Assembly (NCBI GenBank): GCA_964493715.1
Contig: CAZBPC010000002.1
Span: forward strand, 4,814-68,813
Direction: 5' to 3'
DNA from: an uncultured archaeon
Lineage (GTDB): Archaea; Asgardarchaeota; Lokiarchaeia; Sigyniarchaeales; SOKP01
DNA length: 64,000 nucleotides
In this document: piece by piece, positions 1 through 7,828 of the stretch
Layout of the letters: each line of letters opens with the position of its first letter
How positions within the stretch are numbered: the first letter of the stretch is position 1
Position numbers and translations under genes: made by a program
The notes under the pieces: model-generated
Told to the model about the DNA's origin: nothing
The model's input: the letters and a program-made list of their open reading frames with translations, nothing else
Databases searched by the model: none

Positions 1-115
1 ACCAAATTTATTATGAATATATTGTATAAATAAATCTTGAAAAAATAAATGGAATTATTAATAGGATAATTGAAAAATTAACTTAAAAATCAAATGAGAT
101 GATTGATTTTTGAAT

Positions 116-130
116 AAATCGATTGAAATA
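116..130. promoter_or_regulatory. Inverted ORB-like element (AAATCGATTGAAATA), possible origin recognition box
   Basis: Near reverse complement of the TTCCAATCGAAATC element found upstream of cdc6 at 4053-4066. Lies in an AT-rich non-coding leader. Confidence 0.2.
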
Positions 131-235
131 ACACTCTCTCTTAAAATATAAGATGTGATGTTTTTTCTTTAATAATAAACAATATAATTATTCATTACAA
201 TACATAATATAAATTCTATCTCGAGAGAATAAACC

Positions 236-1990
236 TTGAATCACGAGTATCTTTCCCATAAGAAGGTATTAATAAATAGATTAGCGAATTCGGGTATAAA
301 TATTTCTCCCAAATCTATCGAAGTCATCATGAAACTTGAAAATCCTCTAATTAAAACCGATATCATTATACAAGAAATGAATACCATCCCCACTTTTAAT
401 GGACATCTTACTTTAAATGTAATGCAAAAAATATCTAATGAAGAAATCCAAAGGGTGTTAAAAAGAGAGAATCTGATAATAAGCAATGATGAAAAAACTA
501 CCTATAATGAAAATAACTTAGAGAGCAATCGAATAGACATTCCTTCTTCAATTAAAAGTGAATATGCGAATTCTATAGAAACTCAAAATCTTATTAATAC
601 TCCTCAGCCAAAAAAACCTGAACTAATAGTTATTAACCCTCTTCCTGCAAAAAAACAACAACCAAAAATTAAACAATTTGATTCCGTAAAATCTTCAATT
701 TCATTTAATCCTATAGCGAAAAATTATGAATTTGAATATAATATTTTAAAGGATCCAAATGGTAAACTCTTCACAAATGGATCCTTCGAAGATTTCTATG
801 AGATGACTGTGGATAAATACAATTCATTGCGTAATTTAATGAGAAATCGAGCTGAAGTGCTCTCATCAACAAATATTGAAAAGATAATTAGATTATCTAA
901 CAATGCTGAAGTATCTACAATGGGGTTGATCAATAGTATACGATTAACAAAAAACAAAAATTATCTTTTATCATTAGAAGATTTAACGGGAGAAATCTCC
1001 GTATTAATTAATAAAAATGATGAAGATCTCAATGAAATGAAAAGAGCTGAACGGCTCATCAATGATCAAATGATATATGTGGAAGGTATATATAATCCAA
1101 GTAATACTAAAGGCAAAGGAATTATCTTTGCAAATAAATTCACGAAGATAGATATTCCTACTAATTTCCAACCTAATAATTCAACTGAACCTCTTGCTAT
1201 TGCATTAATTTCCGATACTCATATCGGAAGTAAAGAGTTTGAAGAACCATTATTTAATAAATTTATCCAATTCTTGAAAGGCAAAGTTGGTGATAATAAG
1301 GTAAGAAAATTAGCTGGAAAAATTAAATATTTGATAATAAACGGAGATCTAATTGATGGAATTGGGGTTTATCCAAATCAGAATGAAGATCTCATCATAT
1401 CAGATATTTATAAACAATACGATAAGGCTACAGAATTTATCAAGGAGATCCCCGAATATATTAAAATTTTTTATGTATCGGGTAATCATGAACCCGTGAG
1501 AAATGCTATTGCGAGACCCGCTGTTCCTAAAAAATATTGTAAAGGATTAGTAGATTTAGGAGTTAAGTGTTTAGGTAATCCTTCTCTAATAAGTACCCAT
1601 AGTGTTAAAACCCTTATATTTCATGGGGAAAGCATGCACGATTTAAATATGGCCGTTCCAGATTTGGATATAAACAATCCAACTGAAACAATGAAAGAAT
1701 TGCTTATTTGCAGACATCTCGCCCCTACATATGGTGGAAAGACTCAAATTGCACCCACAAACAAGGATTGGCTCGTAATCGACACGATTCCCGATATATT
1801 TCATACCGGTCATCTACATATCAATGGATTTAATCGTTATCGAAATGTTAACTTAATCAATTCAGGATGCTTTCAAGCACAAACAGATTTTATGAGAAGT
1901 TTTGGTATAGATCCAACAATAGGAATAGTACCAGTTATTGAATTAGATTCCTTAAAAACAAGTATATTAGATTTTAAAAAGCAGCTTTAA
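236..1990 (+). CDS. DNA polymerase D (PolD) small subunit DP1
   Basis: 584-aa ORF. The C-terminal half has calcineurin-like phosphoesterase motifs in DP1 order (ALISDTHIGS, INGDLIDG, VSGNHE, HTGHLH). TTG start directly follows an in-frame TAA. Confidence 0.8.
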   Translation: MNHEYLSHKKVLINRLANSGINISPKSIEVIMKLENPLIKTDIIIQEMNTIPTFNGHLTLNVMQKISNEEIQRVLKRENLIISNDEKTTYNENNLESNRIDIPSSIKSEYANSIETQNLINTPQPKKPELIVINPLPAKKQQPKIKQFDSVKSSISFNPIAKNYEFEYNILKDPNGKLFTNGSFEDFYEMTVDKYNSLRNLMRNRAEVLSSTNIEKIIRLSNNAEVSTMGLINSIRLTKNKNYLLSLEDLTGEISVLINKNDEDLNEMKRAERLINDQMIYVEGIYNPSNTKGKGIIFANKFTKIDIPTNFQPNNSTEPLAIALISDTHIGSKEFEEPLFNKFIQFLKGKVGDNKVRKLAGKIKYLIINGDLIDGIGVYPNQNEDLIISDIYKQYDKATEFIKEIPEYIKIFYVSGNHEPVRNAIARPAVPKKYCKGLVDLGVKCLGNPSLISTHSVKTLIFHGESMHDLNMAVPDLDINNPTETMKELLICRHLAPTYGGKTQIAPTNKDWLVIDTIPDIFHTGHLHINGFNRYRNVNLINSGCFQAQTDFMRSFGIDPTIGIVPVIELDSLKTSILDFKKQL

Positions 1991-2002
1991 TTAAGAATTA
2001 TC

Positions 2003-2689
2003 ATGGATTTAACAATTCCCCGTAAAAATCTTACAGAATTGGTTTTATATATTTGGAAAATCATTGGATTATCTTTAATATCATTAAATGATCTTCTATA
2101 TCGACTTTCATTCGAATTATTTTTATTTGATCCAAAAGAAGCTAAAAAATTTGTTGAAACTGCGATTTCTCAAAATTATTTAATTTTAGATAGAGACGAT
2201 AATCTCAAATTATCAACGGAACTAAATCAAGAATTGAATATGTGGCAAATAAAAAGAAAGGAAGAAATTTCTGAGAGATTAACTTCCTCTAAAAGGATTA
2301 AAGATTTAAGGGGTGAAAACGGAACACAAAAAAACGCAAATCAATTCAAAAACCTATTTAAAATTTTCGTTGATGAAGCTACAGCGGGAAGATCAGCTTC
2401 TATTTTAAATTCTCATATAAAACTCCTCAGATTTGATGACAAAATTGGAATTCTTAAAGCAACTGTGAAAGGATCTCAAGAAAATAATTATAACGTAGAG
2501 ATAAATGTTGGGTTAAAAATATTAAAACATGATTGTCATGATTTTCAAACAAAAAAATCTAAATCCAAGAAATTTTGTAAACATTTAGCAAGATTATTTT
2601 TTCTAATAAAAGAACAAAATGAAAATTCAGCAACTTATTTCCTAAAAGAAATTGGAGAAAATATCAATGAATGGGAATTTATTGGTTAA
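2003..2689 (+). CDS. Hypothetical protein with C-terminal SWIM-like zinc-finger motif
   Basis: 228-aa ORF, 13 nt after DP1. The C-terminal KHDCHDF...FCKHLARLF resembles the SWIM CxC...CxH pattern, with the first Cys pair imperfect. Confidence 0.4.
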   Translation: MDLTIPRKNLTELVLYIWKIIGLSLISLNDLLYRLSFELFLFDPKEAKKFVETAISQNYLILDRDDNLKLSTELNQELNMWQIKRKEEISERLTSSKRIKDLRGENGTQKNANQFKNLFKIFVDEATAGRSASILNSHIKLLRFDDKIGILKATVKGSQENNYNVEINVGLKILKHDCHDFQTKKSKSKKFCKHLARLFFLIKEQNENSATYFLKEIGENINEWEFIG

Positions 2690-4005
2690 AGAAGCTTTTT
2701 AAATACGTTACTTTTGATTTTTACTTTATCAGTTTGTAATAGTAATGGTTTATAATTCAATAAATCAGCCAATGATATGTGTTTTATTTGAGATAATACT
2801 TTTTCTGTCAATGATAAATCTATATCTAAAGTGATAATTTTGGTCCTCCCATAATGCCCCATTGATCTTGTAGTAGCTGTTATAATACCTGCTAAAGCAA
2901 GTTCATTTATGTAATCTGATATTCTTCTTTTGGTTAATAATTTTGTATTTGTTAGCTTATTTGTAAGTTCTAAATGGATATCATATATTTCACCTGAAGT
3001 GATTATATTATCCCTAGAATACTTTCTCATCAAATAAATCGCGGTAAGTGTTAATTGAGACTGTAAGGGCATCCCTAATATATATTCAACAACATTGTCT
3101 TTCTCAATATCCTGTTGAGCTTTATTTACATCCAATTCAGAGATAAATGCTCGCTGATTTCTTTCTGAATTTTCTCCTGCTTTTCTTAATAATTGAAGTG
3201 CCTTACGAGAATCACCGTGTTCCTTAGCAGCTAAGCCCGCACATAATTTTATGACTCCTTCATTGATGACTCCCTCTTGAAATGCAACTTTCGCTCGTTT
3301 CTCAAGAATATCCGATAATTCATTTGCATTATAAGGATGAAAAACCAATTCTTCTTGTCCCAAACTAGATTTTACTCGTGGATCTAAGTAGTCCTTAAAT
3401 TTCAATTTATTTGAAATTCCAATAACATTAGCCCTACAAAGATCTAAATTTTCATTTAATCTGGTTAGATCGTAAAGAATTTCGTTTCCTCCCTTTTTTT
3501 CAATAAGAATATCAATTTCATCTAGGACAAGAAAACAAACATTTGTATTTATGCATAAATCTAGTAAACCTAATAGTTTCTTAAAAATTATATCTTTTGG
3601 TAAACCCGTGGGAGGAATTTTTTCTTTTCCGGAGATAGTGTTATATATATGTGCTAAAACTCGATAAGGTGTTGAAACTACATTACAATTTATATATATC
3701 CACCAAGGTGGCTTTGAATCACAGTGTTGTGCTAACTTCTGACTAACATATCTTATTGTAGCTGTTTTACCCGTACCAGTCATCCCATAACATAAGAAAT
3801 TTGGAGGAACATCTCCTTTCAATGCACAAGCAGTGAGTCCTGCTATTTTTTCTATCTCAGCGTCTCTATGTGGCAATTCATCTGGGATGAAAGATGGATC
3901 TAATGCTTCCCGATTTCTAAAAATTTTAGGACCATTCATATAATTTTTGTAAAAACGATCAATGTTAAAGCTATAGTTACCATTATTATTTGGGTTAGTC
4001 AACAC
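2686..4005 (-). CDS. cdc6: Orc1/Cdc6 replication initiator (AAA+ plus C-terminal winged helix)
   Basis: 439 aa. N-terminal DELPHRD motif, Walker A GMTGTGKT, Walker B LVLDEID. Length and layout are typical of archaeal Orc1/Cdc6. Confidence 0.9.
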   Translation of the reverse strand: MLTNPNNNGNYSFNIDRFYKNYMNGPKIFRNREALDPSFIPDELPHRDAEIEKIAGLTACALKGDVPPNFLCYGMTGTGKTATIRYVSQKLAQHCDSKPPWWIYINCNVVSTPYRVLAHIYNTISGKEKIPPTGLPKDIIFKKLLGLLDLCINTNVCFLVLDEIDILIEKKGGNEILYDLTRLNENLDLCRANVIGISNKLKFKDYLDPRVKSSLGQEELVFHPYNANELSDILEKRAKVAFQEGVINEGVIKLCAGLAAKEHGDSRKALQLLRKAGENSERNQRAFISELDVNKAQQDIEKDNVVEYILGMPLQSQLTLTAIYLMRKYSRDNIITSGEIYDIHLELTNKLTNTKLLTKRRISDYINELALAGIITATTRSMGHYGRTKIITLDIDLSLTEKVLSQIKHISLADLLNYKPLLLQTDKVKIKSNVFKKLL

Positions 4006-4052
4006 TCACATCATTCCTTTTATGTTTATATATAGGATGAACAGCAAAATAA

Positions 4053-4121
4053 TTCCAATCGAAATCATATTATTTCCAATGCAAGAATCTTATATAAATT
4101 TATTTATTGAAATCATATTAA
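4053..4121. repeat. ORB-like boxes and 12-nt direct repeat upstream of cdc6 (candidate oriC elements)
   Basis: TTCCAATCGAAATC (4053-4066) and TTCCAATGCAAGAATC (4074-4089) resemble the archaeal ORB core TTCCAnTGGAAA. GAAATCATATTA is repeated at 4061-4072 and 4109-4120. They lie in a 290-bp AT-rich intergenic region. Confidence 0.3.
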
Positions 4122-4295
4122 ATATTTAATAAGACCATCTTGCAACAACCTAATCAATAAAATATTATATTATTGTCGGGAATATAAAAGATCATTATTA
4201 GTTGACAAATATTATTAAACTCCTATTAAAAAGGAAAGTAAAACTTAATATTTAATTTCAATAAAAAATTAACTAATCTAATTTTCCCGTCTTTT

Positions 4296-5081
4296 ATGGT
4301 TCTAAAAATGACAGAATACGATAATAATGATCCTTCAAAAAGGAAACACATTAGAATTGCTTTAATTTTAGCTCTTACATGTGCTACGTTGATATTTTTA
4401 AATTTTGTGGTCATTTCAATTATTTTTGATTGGGCCGATTGGGTAGCCATATTAGTTTTTAGCATAATCTTCATCGTACCAGCATATATATCAAATGCGG
4501 GCATGGTAATGGTCGGAGGTGGCAAACCAATAGATGGTGGAAAGTTCTGTAAAGACGGAAGAAGAATCTTAGGCGACCATAAAACAGTCAATGGTCTAAT
4601 AAAGGGACCACTATATGTTGGAATTCCCATTTCTTTAGGAATACATCTTTTATTTTTTATTTTATGGCCTCTGATTCAACTTATTCCCATCCAAGCCGCT
4701 TCTCAAGGGTTTTTTGTTTTATATGCTGATCTTAGATTGTATGAATTTTACTTTATTGGTGGACCTTTCCCCATCGGAATTCTCATATTAGTCCTTAGGA
4801 TTATTCTCTGTTCATATGGCGCTGTTTTAGGGGATCTTGCAGGTTCTTTTTTAAAGCGACGCCTTAATTACGCAAGTGGAGCCCCTTTCTGGGTTGTAGA
4901 TCAATTGGATTTTGCTTTAGGAGCAATCCTTCTTGGTTCAATTCCAGCATTGATCTTTCCTGGAATTTATTTAGCTCCTGACTGGAACATTATAATATTT
5001 TTAATGATAATAACACCTTCTGTCAGCATCATAGCCAACACAATCGCTTATGTTGTCGGATGGAAGGATGTTCCGTGGTAA
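4296..5081 (+). CDS. carS: CDP-archaeol synthase (DUF46/CarS family)
   Basis: 261-aa polytopic membrane ORF with PIDGGKFCKDGRRILGDHKTVNG and the CTP-transferase signature GDLAGSFLKRR. Confidence 0.7.
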   Translation: MVLKMTEYDNNDPSKRKHIRIALILALTCATLIFLNFVVISIIFDWADWVAILVFSIIFIVPAYISNAGMVMVGGGKPIDGGKFCKDGRRILGDHKTVNGLIKGPLYVGIPISLGIHLLFFILWPLIQLIPIQAASQGFFVLYADLRLYEFYFIGGPFPIGILILVLRIILCSYGAVLGDLAGSFLKRRLNYASGAPFWVVDQLDFALGAILLGSIPALIFPGIYLAPDWNIIIFLMIITPSVSIIANTIAYVVGWKDVPW

Positions 5082-5082
5082 T

Positions 5083-5595
5083 TTAAATTCTTACAACCTC
5101 ACATTTTATGTTTATTGGAAAACCATCATCATTATTAAAAATAATATAATTTTCAAATAATTTATTTACCGCTTTGATATACTCTCCTTTACACCCAATG
5201 GCAATCCCCCTTTCTACAAAACTTAAAAAACCAATAATTATATCTTTTTTCCCAGAATACACATTTCGATAAACTCTTATGTCATGAACGTAAGGATCGG
5301 GAAAGAAGTTATACAGGAGTCTTAAAAGTGTTCTTTCATCACGAATAATTAATATCTTTTTATTTTGGATTTGTCGCCTCATGAGAGGTAAGGAAAGTTT
5401 TGCATTAAAATACTCTTGGCTATTTACAAAAAAGAAAACGAAATTACTAATCAAGATGATATTTTTAGGATAAACCTTGCAGCATTGATAAAAGTAATGG
5501 TGAAGGAGTAATTCTTGGTTAGTATATTTTTTTTTAATATGAAGTCTCTGATTTAATGACGAATCCGTAGAATCTGTAGAATTTATATCCAACAT
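5083..5595 (-). CDS. Hypothetical protein, possible KH-type RNA-binding domain
   Basis: 170-aa ORF. The C-terminal GIAIGCKGEYIKAVNKLF resembles the KH GxxG loop region. The N-terminal half is unrecognisable. Confidence 0.3.
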   Translation of the reverse strand: MLDINSTDSTDSSLNQRLHIKKKYTNQELLLHHYFYQCCKVYPKNIILISNFVFFFVNSQEYFNAKLSLPLMRRQIQNKKILIIRDERTLLRLLYNFFPDPYVHDIRVYRNVYSGKKDIIIGFLSFVERGIAIGCKGEYIKAVNKLFENYIIFNNDDGFPINIKCEVVRI

Positions 5596-5697
5596 GTATA
5601 AATAATTTTTTCAACAATCATTTTAAAGTCCTCTAAGAAAAAAATATACAATATGAGTTACTTTTTTAATTCAGAATCAATTTTATAAATTTATAAC

Positions 5698-6150
5698 GTG
5701 AATGAAAAGAAAGTGAAAATTCCCGGATTTGAATACATAGATCACACCGCAGATGTTCAAGCTCGTTGCTACGGACGTACTCTCGAACAAGCATTTGAAC
5801 AAACTGCCTATGCAGTTATGAAAACAATCTCACCTAATTTGGAGAAAATCCTCCCAATAGAGAAAAAAGAAATTACAATTAAAGCAGAAGATAAGCAAGC
5901 TTTATTATTTGATTTTTTATCTGAATTTTTATACATCTTTGATGTTGAAGGGTTAATATTTTCCCAAATAATCGTTGAGAAAATTAAAAAAAGGGGGGAT
6001 GAATTTACCTTAATCGCGAATGCCAGCGGAGAGAAATTTAATAATTTACGTCATGAAATCGGGATAGAAGTGAAAGCAATCACGTATTCATACATGAATA
6101 TTGAAGAAAAAAGTGATAAAACCATAATCGATATTGTTTTTGATATATGA
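5698..6150 (+). CDS. Archease (RtcB activator)
   Basis: 150 aa. N-terminal FEYIDHTADV motif typical of archease. Convergent with rtcB and abutting it with zero spacer. Confidence 0.85.
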   Translation: MNEKKVKIPGFEYIDHTADVQARCYGRTLEQAFEQTAYAVMKTISPNLEKILPIEKKEITIKAEDKQALLFDFLSEFLYIFDVEGLIFSQIIVEKIKKRGDEFTLIANASGEKFNNLRHEIGIEVKAITYSYMNIEEKSDKTIIDIVFDI

Positions 6151-7685
6151 TTATCCCTTAACAACTCCTACTGGCACTAAACGTACGATCTTTTCAATAA
6201 TTCCAAGATCGTGGCTAACTTGAACTACTTGATCAATATCTTTATAAGCTCCTGGAGCTTCTTCAGCAACTACTTCATTCGAAGCAGCTCTTATCGAAAT
6301 CCCTTGATTTTTAAGGCTATCTGTCAATTGTCGAATATTAGGAAGGTACTTTCGTTTTGCTTTAGATCTAGACATCACTCGACCTGAACCGTGTGCTGTT
6401 GAACCAAATGAGAGATCCATAGCTTTTGGTCTTCCAACACAAAGATATGAAGCTGAACCCATGGTACCTGGAATCAACGCTGGTTGTCCAATACTTTTAT
6501 AATCCTGTGACAATTCTGGATGACCTGGAGGAAAAGCTCGCGTAGCTCCTTTTCTATGTACATTTAATAAGATCTTTTTACCATCCACTTCGTGTTCTTC
6601 TATTTTAAGGATATTATGAGCAACGCCATATATCAGCGTGAAATCTAATTCCTCAGCACTCTGTTTAAAATGTGATTGAAATGATTCTCTTAACCAATGA
6701 GTAATTAATTGCCTATTATTAAATCCAAAATTCGCAGCACAAGCCATTTGACTTAGATACATATCTGCTTCTGGTGTATTTGCAGGCACACAAGCGAGCT
6801 CTCTATCGGGAACCTCAATCTTGTATTTTTTCATGGCTTGTTCTATAGCTCTCAACGAATCAGTACATATTTGATGACCTAAAGCTCTTGAACCTGTATG
6901 AACCATCACTGTGACTTGATTTTCTTGAAGAATTCCTAATTTCTTTGCTATATCTCTATTGAAAATTTTATCTACTTTTTGTATTTCTAAAAAATGGTTT
7001 CCACTTCCTAAAGAACCGAGTTGTTTTATACCTCTTTGCTTTGCTTTCTGTGAAACTAATTCTGCATTTGCATTTTTTAAAAAACCATTCTCCTCACAGT
7101 GTTTTATATCTTCTTTCAAGGCATAGCCATTATCAAGTGCCCAGTTTAATCCATTATTTAGAACATCATCTAAATCTGAGAAATTTATGTTTAATTTTCC
7201 TTTTGACCCTAATCCTGAAGGAATATTCTTGAATATTGTGTCTAATAAAGTTGGAATTTTTTTTTGAACATCTTTCATCATTAAATTCGTTCGTAGTAAT
7301 CTTACACCACAGTTAATATCGTCTTTGGCATAAAAGCCTATGCTCTTATGTATCCAACGCCGCCAGGCGAAATCATACCATCTGTGGCATCCGTTCCTGC
7401 AACTCCTCCAATACAAAAACCGTATCCTTGATGAGCATCAGATAATGCGATTGCATGTTTTTGAATGCCCGGCAAACAAGCAACATTACTTATCTGATCA
7501 AGAGTTCTATCTTGTTTAATCTTTTCCATGATATATTCATTGGCGTAAATATGTACTGGGACTTTCATTTCAAATTTTTTAATTGTCCCCTCAACTCGTG
7601 CCATCAAAGTTTGCGGTTCGATCTCATAAATATTTTCAGCAATTTTTTTTACATTCATTATCTTCAATAATTCTACATTTATCAA
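6151..7685 (-). CDS. rtcB: RNA-splicing ligase RtcB, interrupted by a 29-nt BHB mini-intron (exons 7685-7352 and 7322-6151)
   Basis: Two overlapping ORFs (7338-7685 and 6151-7416) in different frames. The first ends [10 protein letters not shown], and the second carries [20 protein letters not shown] and HGSGR motifs. Removing 7323-7351 gives one 501-aa RtcB. Confidence 0.85.
7323..7351 (-). other. Putative bulge-helix-bulge intron in rtcB mRNA (29 nt)
   Basis: Sense RNA: UUGG[AU|A]CAUAA-GAGCAUAGGCUU-UUAUG CCAA[AG|A]. It has a perfect 4-bp central helix, two 3-nt bulges and a 5-bp inner helix. Excision restores GVGY-DINCG in frame. Confidence 0.65.
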
Positions 7686-7828
7686 AAATTTAATTGAAAA
7701 TTGAATAAATTCATTATAAAAACTTATTTATAAGGATGTTTAAATTTTTTGATTATTGAAAAAAAATTAAGATTTTAAGTAATAGCTTAATTATGGCAAG
7801 GATTAATGTACTGTGGTAAAAATCTCTT

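Noticed and set aside
6151-7685. Interpreting the split rtcB as a frameshifted pseudogene or a sequencing error
   Set aside because: The disruption is a discrete 29-nt insert placed exactly inside GGVGY|DINCG. It folds into a precise helix(4 bp)/3-nt-bulge motif with the same cut register as the tRNA introns nearby, and both exons are otherwise intact. A second gene (rnhB) shows the same phenomenon. A pseudogene cannot be fully excluded without transcript data.
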